In this document: positions 38,778 to 47,768 of the stretch, one piece after another
Layout: each line of letters opens with the position of its first letter
How positions within the stretch are numbered: the stretch's first letter is position 1
Assembly (NCBI GenBank): GCA_963768055.1
Contig: CAVYGN010000001.1
Span: 736,001 to 800,000 of the forward strand
DNA length: 64,000 bases
Source of the DNA: an uncultured Spirochaetota bacterium
GTDB lineage: Bacteria; Spirochaetota; Brevinematia; Brevinematales; JAOACQ01
Direction: 5' to 3'
Program-made: the position numbers and the translations under genes
Notes under the pieces: model-generated
Databases searched by the model: none
The model's input: the letters and a program-made list of their open reading frames with translations, nothing else
Told to the model about the DNA's origin: nothing

Positions 38778-39641
38778 TTATTTTTTATTCGCGGCTGAAA
38801 TGTTTGAAATCCCTGCAAGCTCGATCAAGCTTACCGTATTTTTCAGCCTGACCAGAAGCCTTCTGGGGGAGTCCTCCACCCAGAATAGCATTTCCTTCCT
38901 GTAAGGCTCTATAAGCCGGCCTAAAAAAGGATCGGTGGAAAGAAGACCGACTTTATCCGTATGGAAATCTCCCGACAGGGTATGAAGAGTCTCATGACCC
39001 ATATTTACCAGCGAAACCGGGATAGGTTCTTTAAGAATCTCGGGAACAACAAAGAAGAATATTCCCGATTTCCCTGTTTCCATGAACCTCAGCGCAAAGA
39101 AGGACCCTGATATGGAGTCCCAGGCAGGAAAACCCGGCCTTATTTTGATCCTGCTTTGTCGGCTTTTGACTTCATATCCGTTCCAGTTTTTATTTTCATA
39201 ATCTATCCACCCATTTTCAGGATTAAGGCGGTAATGCCATTCAACGAGGCCTTTATAACCGGCGGGGGCATTTTCCTCCCTGTTGGTTCCATAGCCGCCA
39301 GATGATTCAAGCAGGGTCGCCGATCTCAGATCGATCCGGAAAAACATATTATAATTCGTGTATGAATCGGGCAGCTTTTTAGGCCGGGAAACCCTTATGC
39401 CTTCTTCATATACAAAAGCCTCTCCGCCTTCCGGGGGGATAATGCTTACAAAATAGATATCCATATTCTTTTCCCCGCCGATATACTGGATATAATGAAG
39501 GAATTCACCGCTGGGAACAGAAAGATTTTTCGCCGGTTTCATCGGGATCATCGTTACTTTTCCGGCCATGGGAAAAGCAATCGCAACAAAAAATAATATA
39601 AAATTAATAATAGCCGGTCCGGCCCGGTAAAATCCGTTCAT
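38778..39641 (-). CDS. Hypothetical exported protein, paralog of 57074..57946
   Basis: Signal-like N-terminus; IPMK..P.GEFLHY, DPFL.RL, VEDS.RRL shared with the paralog. Confidence 0.75.
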   Translation of the reverse strand: MNGFYRAGPAIINFILFFVAIAFPMAGKVTMIPMKPAKNLSVPSGEFLHYIQYIGGEKNMDIYFVSIIPPEGGEAFVYEEGIRVSRPKKLPDSYTNYNMFFRIDLRSATLLESSGGYGTNREENAPAGYKGLVEWHYRLNPENGWIDYENKNWNGYEVKSRQSRIKIRPGFPAWDSISGSFFALRFMETGKSGIFFFVVPEILKEPIPVSLVNMGHETLHTLSGDFHTDKVGLLSTDPFLGRLIEPYRKEMLFWVEDSPRRLLVRLKNTVSLIELAGISNISAANKK

Positions 39642-39736
39642 TGAACTTTCCCTTATTTTTTATGTCATTATAGCTTGAAGAAATAGATATGGCAATAGAA
39701 AACGAGTTGGGAATTTGGGGGTTTTAAACGAGATCT

Positions 39737-40765
39737 TCACTTATCCGGATACGCGGCCCATTTCTCTTCAACTGACTTAATATACCTGACCTTTTCAGAT
39801 TCCTTCAGGAAACATGCGTTGAACCCGTTTATTATGATGCTTTTAATTTCTTCAAACGTAAAATTCAGTTTGCTGTAAAGATTCCAATATTCGTCTATGG
39901 TGCTGACGTGGAAAAAAGTAGGGTCGTCTGTATTGATCGTAATGATGACTCCCCTATCGTACAGTTCCCTTACAGGGTGGTCCTCGATTTTCTTGACGAT
40001 TTTTTTTGTAAATACGTTGCTTGTAATGCAAATTTCAAGGGGTATTTTATTTTCTTTGAGATATTCTATAAGCTTGTCATCCTGGATGGCTGTTATGCCG
40101 TGTCCGATCCTTTCGGCATGGAGCATCAGCAGGGAGTCCCAGATGGATTTAGGGCCCTCATCCTCACCGGCGTGAGCCACCGTATGCAAACCTTTCTTAC
40201 GGGCTTCCTCGAATATTTTTTTGAAATTTTTCGCCGGCCCTTTTAACTCGTCCCCGCCCAGGCCAATACCTATAATATAATCGTTTTTGAAGGACATTGC
40301 GAGCTCAAGGTTATGAGCGGCATTCTCAACGCCGAAAGTACGCGAGATGTCAATAATGATGCGGATGGTTATTCCGCGGACCAATTTGATCTCATCTATT
40401 TTTCTGGTAATTACCGACATTATTTCATCAAATTTCATTCCTTTCTGGATGAACATTGAGGGAGCGAAAAAAAGCTCGCAGTAGACGATATTATTCATTG
40501 ATAGATAATTGGCCGCATCGTCGAACAAGGTTTCGAAATCGGAAGGCATTTCGAAAAGGTTTTGTATTGTAAGAAAAGAATGGATGAAATCCTTTAAGCT
40601 GTTGTAGGAGAATAATTTGTTAAGGTCCAATGGGCTCTTTCCGGTTTTATGCTTCCTGGTTAGGAATTTATTTACTGTGTCGATACTGATCATACCTTCC
40701 GCATGGAGATGAATTTCGGATTTGGGTATCGATTTTATAAACGAATAAAATCCGTCTTTTGTCAT
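39737..40765 (-). CDS. add: Adenosine deaminase
   Basis: PKSEIHLHAEG, AHAGE, ERIGHG, LEICITSN, NTDDP. Confidence 0.92.
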   Translation of the reverse strand: MTKDGFYSFIKSIPKSEIHLHAEGMISIDTVNKFLTRKHKTGKSPLDLNKLFSYNSLKDFIHSFLTIQNLFEMPSDFETLFDDAANYLSMNNIVYCELFFAPSMFIQKGMKFDEIMSVITRKIDEIKLVRGITIRIIIDISRTFGVENAAHNLELAMSFKNDYIIGIGLGGDELKGPAKNFKKIFEEARKKGLHTVAHAGEDEGPKSIWDSLLMLHAERIGHGITAIQDDKLIEYLKENKIPLEICITSNVFTKKIVKKIEDHPVRELYDRGVIITINTDDPTFFHVSTIDEYWNLYSKLNFTFEEIKSIIINGFNACFLKESEKVRYIKSVEEKWAAYPDK

Positions 40766-40865
40766 AAATGGTTCTCCTGTGAAAATGATTGTGCGAATTC
40801 AGCACAGTTAAGCTTATATATTAATCGGAAGATATTGTTATTAAATAAAATAGATATTGTCAGTC

Positions 40866-41477
40866 TTAGATTTTTTTAAAAGAAAGGTAATTTATATCGC
40901 GAAACGGACTCATTTTTCTGTAAAACAATGTCGGGAAACCATCGTAAATATTTTCTTCGATCAAATTTCTATAATTATTTTCAAGCCGCGGGAAATCAGA
41001 GAGAAGTTTTCCGGCGTATTCGGCGTATTCCCTTACATCGGTTACAAAATTAATTATTCCTCCTTTTTTCAATATCCGGATAGATTGAATCAAAAATGAG
41101 GGTTTCATGATTCTGTTTTTCCATTGTCTTATTCGAAGCCATGGATCAGGAAAATTTATATGAATTTCGTCGACTGTATTCTCAGGAAAAAGGAGTTTAA
41201 GGGCCAGCTCGCCGTCGCTGTCCAGAACACGGTAATTATTAATATTCCTTTTGACAAGCCTTTCGGAGGTTTTGTTGGCCCTTTTTCTTGATATCTCTAT
41301 GCCGATAAAGAAAAAGCCGGGATTTGACGCAGACCTTTCTATCAGAAAATCTCCATGCCCGCATCCCATATCGATAACGGTATAACGGCCTTCAAGTATA
41401 GAATGAAAATTACTTATAGATTTTTCATCATACTTGCTTACTTCATTAACTATTACAGGAAAAGTGTTTTTCTGCAC
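40866..41477 (-). CDS. trmB: tRNA (guanine-N7)-methyltransferase
   Basis: DMGCGHGDF, GIEI, INFPDPW, VTDVREYA. Confidence 0.88.
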   Translation of the reverse strand: MQKNTFPVIVNEVSKYDEKSISNFHSILEGRYTVIDMGCGHGDFLIERSASNPGFFFIGIEISRKRANKTSERLVKRNINNYRVLDSDGELALKLLFPENTVDEIHINFPDPWLRIRQWKNRIMKPSFLIQSIRILKKGGIINFVTDVREYAEYAGKLLSDFPRLENNYRNLIEENIYDGFPTLFYRKMSPFRDINYLSFKKI

Positions 41478-41486
41478 TAAGAAACC

Positions 41487-41780
41487 TTAATATTCGATAA
41501 TTTTTGGGACAACGATGCTGCCGGACTCGAAGCGCGGCGCCATCTGCGAAATTTCCTCGACTTTCATCGATTCTTTTAACGCATCGTTCCTGACAGTATT
41601 GCTTTTTTCTACTGCATGCGTCATGGGGGGTATTTTTTCAGTATCAAGTTCACTTATTTTTTCTATAAAACCGACTATTTTTGAAAACTGCATCAGAAAA
41701 CTGTCCTTTTCATCGCCGGTAAATTCCAATTTAGCAAGAAGGGCGGTTTTTTCAACATCCTGTATGGTAATTTTTGACAT
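41487..41780 (-). CDS. gatC: Asp/Glu-tRNA amidotransferase subunit C
   Basis: ITIQDVEKTALLAKL..IVGFIEKISELDT..P..H..R.D..VPKI. Start set at ATG 41780. Confidence 0.88.
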   Translation of the reverse strand: MSKITIQDVEKTALLAKLEFTGDEKDSFLMQFSKIVGFIEKISELDTEKIPPMTHAVEKSNTVRNDALKESMKVEEISQMAPRFESGSIVVPKIIEY

Positions 41781-41837
41781 CAGACAACCTCCGGATTGCA
41801 CCTATTTTACTGTATGGCCTCGTTTTAGTCAAATTTG

Positions 41838-42383
41838 TTATGCATGATACAGGGTCCTTGACGCCTGTTTTCTGGATTCATCAGGTGAAACGATAATCTC
41901 CACAAGTTTGATTGCCGCATCCAGGGAAGTTCCGACTCCCTGCGAGGTAATGATGTTCCCGTCTATTACAACTCTGTCTTCCAGCCTGTTGCCTGTTAAT
42001 ATTTCAGTTCCCGGAAAGCAAGTATAATTTCTGCCCTTCAATATTCCGGCCCTGTCGAGAACCATCGGAGCCGCGCAAACAGCAAAAATCAACTTATTTT
42101 CCTTGTTGAATTCCCTTACAATCCGGAGAAGAATTTCGTTTTTAGCGAGTTCCGCTGCGCCTGGTCCCCCGGGGATCAATATTCCATTATATTCCCTGCT
42201 GTCGATATCACTCTCATCCTTTAATATCCTGTCAGTGCTGACAGTAAGTCCGCTTCTACCCCTGATTGAGGACGAACCCACGCCGTATATATCAACGGTT
42301 ACTGCTGCCCTGCGGAGGAGGTCTATTACTGTCACGGCTTCGGTTTCTTCGAAATTTTCCCCCATGATCATGCAATACTTCAT
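41838..42383 (-). CDS. DJ-1/ThiJ/YajL family protein
   Basis: FEETEAVTVIDLLRRA, IPGGPGA, AVCAAP, ITSQGVGT. Confidence 0.9.
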   Translation of the reverse strand: MKYCMIMGENFEETEAVTVIDLLRRAAVTVDIYGVGSSSIRGRSGLTVSTDRILKDESDIDSREYNGILIPGGPGAAELAKNEILLRIVREFNKENKLIFAVCAAPMVLDRAGILKGRNYTCFPGTEILTGNRLEDRVVIDGNIITSQGVGTSLDAAIKLVEIIVSPDESRKQASRTLYHA

Positions 42384-42594
42384 AATTTCTCCCGGTTATT
42401 TGATAGTCCATACCTTAAGTTAATTAAAGGGATTGAAAATGGCAAGAAAGACTAAAACGGAAAATTGACTTTTTGACATATAAAGAAAAAATTGAAGGCT
42501 TTTTTGGGTCATAATGACGCAGAAAATAAGCCGGAAAAAACGGGTAAAAACCTCATATTTCTTTTTATTTCAACAGTTGAGTAAAGTTTTCACA

Positions 42595-42610
42595 TGGCAT
42601 ATAAGTTGCG
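42595..42610 (+). promoter_or_regulatory. sigma54 (-24/-12) promoter
   Basis: TGGCAT-ATAAG-TTGCG versus consensus TGGCAC-N5-TTGCW, ending 31 nt upstream of the sigma gene start. Confidence 0.8.
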
Positions 42611-42641
42611 AAACTATTAATAGAAAAGAGGAGAGGATTTT

Positions 42642-43532
42642 ATGAATAAAAAGAATATTAAATCGAAGACCCCTTCAAAGCTGGATAATTGGGCTCGCTA
42701 TTTGAAAACCAACGCAGTTTCGTTGTATCTAAGAGAGATCGATAGAATACCCCTTTTGAGCAGAAGCGAAGAAATAGAGCTTTCAAAGCAAACCGCCGCA
42801 GGAAATATGGAGGCAAAGGAGAAACTTATAATTTCAAACCTGCGTTTTGTTATTTCCATAGCTAAAAAATACCAGGGCTTCGGGATTCCGCTATCCGACC
42901 TGATAAGCGAAGGAAATCTCGGATTGATGTCGGCGGTAGATAAGTTCGATTATAAAAAGGGCTTCCATTTTATTTCATATGCGATTTGGTGGATAAGGCA
43001 GTCAATCATGAAGGCCTTATCGGAAAAATCCAGACTGGTCAGATTGCCTATGAACAGATCTAATGAATTGATGCATATCTGGAAATTCATCGAGGAGTTT
43101 TCCAAAACATATGGAAAAAGGCCGTCGGATGATTTAATAGCCGAGTATCTTTCTCTTAATAAAAGCGATATTAAAAAAGTGCTGGAGATTTCCCAGGCAC
43201 ATTCGTCCCTTGAAGATCTGTTCAGCGACGATGATAATGGTTCGGCCGAAGAAGTCTTCGAGGATATGGAAAGCGAAAACAGGCCCGATGATATGGCGAT
43301 CACTTCTTCACTTAAAGAGATGGTGAGGAAGGTTCTGAATAAACTCCCGGCCAGGGAGAAAAGGATCATTGAATATCGCTTCGGATTGAACGGAGAAGAA
43401 CCGCAATCGCTGTCAAGCATAGGGGACAAACTTCATTTGACAAAAGAAAGGATAAGGCAGATAGAAAAAGCGGCTATCAATCAGATCCGTAATTATACGG
43501 AATGTCCCTATCTATACGCTTTTCTAAACTGA
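42642..43532 (+). CDS. Alternative sigma70-family factor lacking region 1.1 (RpoS-like)
   Basis: YLREIDRIPLLS (1.2), NLRFVISIAKKY, FISYAIWWIRQSI, LTKERIRQIE; only 296 aa. Confidence 0.9.
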   Translation: MNKKNIKSKTPSKLDNWARYLKTNAVSLYLREIDRIPLLSRSEEIELSKQTAAGNMEAKEKLIISNLRFVISIAKKYQGFGIPLSDLISEGNLGLMSAVDKFDYKKGFHFISYAIWWIRQSIMKALSEKSRLVRLPMNRSNELMHIWKFIEEFSKTYGKRPSDDLIAEYLSLNKSDIKKVLEISQAHSSLEDLFSDDDNGSAEEVFEDMESENRPDDMAITSSLKEMVRKVLNKLPAREKRIIEYRFGLNGEEPQSLSSIGDKLHLTKERIRQIEKAAINQIRNYTECPYLYAFLN

Positions 43533-43651
43533 AGGTTACTTGCCTGCTCCGAAGGGACCGAAGGGTAGGGAAGCCCCAAATTTAAATAATTTTCCATTGC
43601 AAAAATTTGAAGTTTCTTTATAATGATCGATATTCTAAGATATAAGGGTGG

Positions 43652-44998
43652 ATGGAAATTTTTCCGATGGAAAAGGCAGCAGTTACCAGTCAGAAAATCG
43701 AACTGTATGTAAATTTTTTATATTCAGGTATTATTTTAAAAGGGGATTCTTTTGCATTATCGGGGGAAAAAGTAAATACCGCTTCGGTTCCATTCACGGT
43801 GGAGATGATCGAAAATCTGAAAGCAAAGGGCATACAGAAAATTTATTACGAGCGGCCTCCGTTGACACCGAAATCGGGTATTTCAAAACCGGCAGTCGAT
43901 CAGCCGAATATAAATGAAGCTGTAAATGTTGTACAGGAGTTGGAATACGCAGTCAAGGCGAAAACCATACTTCCACAAAAAGAATTAGACAAGGTCTCCG
44001 GCGATTTTGTCGAGAATATTTCAGCCAGGGATGATTCAGTCCTTAATCTCCTGGAGTTAAAAGACATCGATGATTATACCTTTACACATTCGATAAATGT
44101 GACTCTGTTGGCAATTATGCTTGCTAAAAAGATAGGCTACAGCAATGAAGGACTTAAAATAATTGCAACAGCTGGACTTCTTCATGACATAGGAAAAACA
44201 TTGATCCCGAAAGAGATCCTGAGTAAGACAAGTGAAATTACGGATGAAGAGTATGAAATTATTAAAAAACACCCTGTTTACGGCTATGAGATAATAAAAT
44301 CCTATTCCGGATATCCCTCGCTTATCCAGAAGATAGTCTTGCTGCATCATGAAAAAGTATCGGGTAAGGGATATCCTTTCGGGTTAAGAGGAGAACAGAT
44401 GGGAGAAGGGGCGCAGATAATAAGCCTTGCCGATATGTTCGACGGTACGACAAACCCAAGGGTCGGGACTGCGGCCCGCCCTTTCTGGTATTCACTGACC
44501 CAGATCAACAAGGAAAGCGGTTCGAGTTTTTCACCAAGGCTGGCTAAAACATTTACAAATGAAATGCCGTATCATCTTACAGAAGATGAAATATTTAAAA
44601 AAGGTTCTTTTGTTACCCTTAACACGGGCGAGATTGCCGAAGTTATCGACTACGATTATCCGCAATCTCTATCTCCCTATGTAAATATATATATAAACTC
44701 CAAGAAGGAAATAGTGCGCTTTCCCATCCAGATCAATCTGGAATATGATGACACAAGGTTTATAACCCAGGTTATCCAGGACGAGAATGCAATAACCAAA
44801 CTCTCGGAAATAAGCGAAAAGATCGGCGGTAAAAAGCAAAAAGAGGATAAAATAACAACAAAAGAAAAAAGGCAGGGGCTCTTTGAGGCAAAAATTGAAA
44901 ACCAGGGTGACGATAAGGAATTGCCGATTGAAAAGATCAAGGCCAATTCAGTCGATCCATCGGTGCTTAAAACCGATGAAAGTTCGCTTAGAAAATAA
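43652..44998 (+). CDS. HD-GYP c-di-GMP phosphodiesterase
   Basis: YTFTHSINV, LLHDIGK, KHP, HHEKVSGKGYPFGL, LADMFD. Confidence 0.88.
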   Translation: MEIFPMEKAAVTSQKIELYVNFLYSGIILKGDSFALSGEKVNTASVPFTVEMIENLKAKGIQKIYYERPPLTPKSGISKPAVDQPNINEAVNVVQELEYAVKAKTILPQKELDKVSGDFVENISARDDSVLNLLELKDIDDYTFTHSINVTLLAIMLAKKIGYSNEGLKIIATAGLLHDIGKTLIPKEILSKTSEITDEEYEIIKKHPVYGYEIIKSYSGYPSLIQKIVLLHHEKVSGKGYPFGLRGEQMGEGAQIISLADMFDGTTNPRVGTAARPFWYSLTQINKESGSSFSPRLAKTFTNEMPYHLTEDEIFKKGSFVTLNTGEIAEVIDYDYPQSLSPYVNIYINSKKEIVRFPIQINLEYDDTRFITQVIQDENAITKLSEISEKIGGKKQKEDKITTKEKRQGLFEAKIENQGDDKELPIEKIKANSVDPSVLKTDESSLRK

Positions 44999-45090
44999 TG
45001 AAGAAAGCTTTTAAATATAAGCTATGCAAAAATAGCAATGTCTCTTTAATTGTTGTATAATTAGTCTAAAATAAGTGGAGGAGTTTGTCT

Positions 45091-45366
45091 ATGACTAAAG
45101 CAGATTTCATTGTGAAGTACTCTAACAAAATCGGGGAAAGCAAAAAACGTTCAGGCGAGCTTGTGGATTCTTTTTTACTTACAATCCAGGAAAATCTATT
45201 GAAAGGCGAATCCGTTCAATTTGTCGGTTGGGGGACATTTCAGGTCCAGAAAAAACCTGAAAAGATCGGCAGAAATCCAAAAACAGGCGAAAAAATAAAA
45301 ATTCCCGCCAAAAAAGTTGTAAAATTCAAAGCCGGTAAAAAACTGGCTGAAAAAGTCAAAAAGTGA
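45091..45366 (+). CDS. hup: DNA-binding protein HU
   Basis: MTKADFI..VQFVGWGTF..GRNPKTGEKIKIPAKKVVKFKAGK. Confidence 0.93.
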   Translation: MTKADFIVKYSNKIGESKKRSGELVDSFLLTIQENLLKGESVQFVGWGTFQVQKKPEKIGRNPKTGEKIKIPAKKVVKFKAGKKLAEKVKK

Positions 45367-45529
45367 TTTAACTGAAAATCCTCAAAGCAGCGGAAGTCTG
45401 GATGGGATAGGGGAGTTATTTCATTGACCTCCGGGGGTTTATAGGTCGTATTCTTATCGTATCGTAAGGGCTGTTCCTGATTGTCACTTCGAGTATAAAT
45501 GCTTATATTTGCTATTATAAGCGGGGCTT

Positions 45530-46267
45530 ATGCTGAAGGAGGGCAAAGTGCCTAGGGTATTAGTCATCGATAATGATAAGAATTCATTTACGTCTGTAAA
45601 GGACATTCTTGAATTTGAAGGGTTTGAGGTATTTATCTCAACAACAGGCAAGGATGCAGAAATGAGGGTCCTCAACGAGACCTACGATACGGTAATAATC
45701 GATCTTTTTTCACCGGCATATAACGGTGTAGAATTGATCAAACAGCTTCGTAAAATAAACAAGATTGTTCCGATCATTGCCGTCTCCGAAAGAACAAAAG
45801 AGGAGGATAAAGTCTTCGGTTTAAATTTGGGAGCTGATGATTTTATTACAAAACCTTTTTCAATGATGGAGCTTCTTGCCAGAATAAGGGCCCATTTAAG
45901 AAAAATCAATATGATAAAATCAGGGACCCTGACCAGTATGGGAGCGTTAAACGGTTATGAGCCCGTAACTATCAAAATCGGGGACTCTTTGATATATCTT
46001 GATAAAATGATTTTGAAACACAACGATTTGGAGGAACCTTTGACTCCTAAAGAGCTGGGTATTATAAGGCTCCTCTATAAGAACCGGGGAAAAGTCGTAT
46101 CAAGGGATGTTATGATGAAAGAAATATGGGGCGACGGCATATATGTAACAGAAAGGGTCATAGATACGAATGTCGTTTCAATCAGGAAAAAGATAGGAGA
46201 TACGGGAAGAAAGCCTAAATATATAAAAACTGTTTTCGGAGTAGGTTATAAAATGGTGGAATATTAA
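45530..46267 (+). CDS. OmpR/PhoB family response regulator (no adjacent kinase)
   Basis: IIDLFSP phospho-Asp, LGADDFITKPF, LTPKE, IKTVFGVGYK. Confidence 0.92.
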   Translation: MLKEGKVPRVLVIDNDKNSFTSVKDILEFEGFEVFISTTGKDAEMRVLNETYDTVIIDLFSPAYNGVELIKQLRKINKIVPIIAVSERTKEEDKVFGLNLGADDFITKPFSMMELLARIRAHLRKINMIKSGTLTSMGALNGYEPVTIKIGDSLIYLDKMILKHNDLEEPLTPKELGIIRLLYKNRGKVVSRDVMMKEIWGDGIYVTERVIDTNVVSIRKKIGDTGRKPKYIKTVFGVGYKMVEY

Positions 46268-46861
46268 TTGATTAAAATTGCCGCGGTATCGATTTTGTTT
46301 TTATTTATGCTTCTTTCCATTGTTTTTACAGCGCCTCTCATAATAAACCCGGTTACATTAGACAACGGAAAGTTCATGTTCTATGGCGCTTCTGATTCAG
46401 ATACGTTATCCAATAATATAAATAGTCTTTTCACACTCGGAATAAGATACGGCATTTCGGATGGTAATGAAATCGGTTTGAGAATACTTTCAAGCGATTT
46501 TAGCGGCGTTATGGGGGATTTTAAAACGAGGGTTCTCAAGAACGACCCTTTCACTGTAACATTTGACGCCGGCCTTGGATTTACAGCTGATTCTTATGTC
46601 GTCAATATCGCATTCTACCTCGACGCCGAAATTGACAGGAATTTTGCCGTGTTTATTGCAGCCAGGGGGACATATCCCGCCAACGATATTATCGATACTA
46701 CAGACCTTCCGACCCAGGGGTTTGTATTTTCACCAAGGGTGGGGCTTGAACTATTCAGGGGCTTGAACTTTTCCTTAATAATTGAAGGAGGGGTTGTAAT
46801 GAGCTGGTATTCCCCTCAACTGGATTATAATGCAGCCGCTCTTGCCGGGTTCAAGATCTGA
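46268..46861 (+). CDS. Hypothetical exported protein, possible small outer-membrane beta-barrel
   Basis: Signal peptide; alternating beta-strand pattern; ends AGFKI. Confidence 0.55.
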   Translation: MIKIAAVSILFLFMLLSIVFTAPLIINPVTLDNGKFMFYGASDSDTLSNNINSLFTLGIRYGISDGNEIGLRILSSDFSGVMGDFKTRVLKNDPFTVTFDAGLGFTADSYVVNIAFYLDAEIDRNFAVFIAARGTYPANDIIDTTDLPTQGFVFSPRVGLELFRGLNFSLIIEGGVVMSWYSPQLDYNAAALAGFKI

Positions 46862-46877
46862 TCCCGCGGTTATTATT

Positions 46878-47768
46878 ATGCTGAAATTAAACGGCATACT
46901 GCCTATCAATAAACCTTCCGGAGTAAGCTCCTTCGATGTAATACGGATTCTTAAACATCGTTTACAGCTGGATTGGAAAAAACAAAAAATCGGCCATGGA
47001 GGGACCCTGGATTACCTTGCCTCAGGTGTTCTGCCGGTACTCCTAGGAGAAGCTTCGAAAGCCTTCGATTACCTGTTGTTGTCAGGTAAAGAATACGAGG
47101 CTGTAATTCAGCTTGGTGTTGAAACGGATACGGATGACGCTGAAGGTTCCATAATAGGGACATTTGACAGGGAAATCGAAAGGAAGGATATTGAATCGGT
47201 TCTTCCAAAATTCCAGGGTGTTATTCTGCAGGTCCCGCCTTATTATTCCTCTCTTCACATAAACGGACGTAGGAGTTATGAACTTGCCCGTAAAAACATA
47301 TTGATCGCTAAAGACCCTAGAAAAGTTGAAATTTCGGATATTACTATAAACGATTATAATAAGGATGAAAAGAGGCTTACCATCAAGGTGGCCTGCTCTT
47401 CTGGGACATATATAAGGAGCCTTGCAAGGGATATCGGCAGGGAACTTTCATGCGGCGGCCATATACTACAACTTCAAAGGCTGTCGAGTTCCGGAATAAG
47501 GATTTCTGATTGCGTATCTTTTGAAGAAGTAGATATCGCGAATATTGAAAGGATTCTTCTCCCTCTTAATACAGCGTTATCGCTTCCGGGCCTCAATTTA
47601 CTCCCGGATCCGGAATATGTGAAGAACGGCCGATTACTTAGCCTTGATTTGTTCAAGGAAGAGGCCTTAGACGACGGGTTATACAAAATCGTCAAGGGCG
47701 GATCGGTTCTGGCTATAGTTGAAAAGAAAGGCCCGCTTTTCAATTATTTAAGGGTCTTCAATGAGTAA
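46878..47768 (+). CDS. truB: tRNA pseudouridine(55) synthase
   Basis: NKPSGVSS, GHGGTLDYLASGVL, KEYEA, QVPPYYS, CSSGTYIRSL. Confidence 0.93.
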   Translation: MLKLNGILPINKPSGVSSFDVIRILKHRLQLDWKKQKIGHGGTLDYLASGVLPVLLGEASKAFDYLLLSGKEYEAVIQLGVETDTDDAEGSIIGTFDREIERKDIESVLPKFQGVILQVPPYYSSLHINGRRSYELARKNILIAKDPRKVEISDITINDYNKDEKRLTIKVACSSGTYIRSLARDIGRELSCGGHILQLQRLSSSGIRISDCVSFEEVDIANIERILLPLNTALSLPGLNLLPDPEYVKNGRLLSLDLFKEEALDDGLYKIVKGGSVLAIVEKKGPLFNYLRVFNE

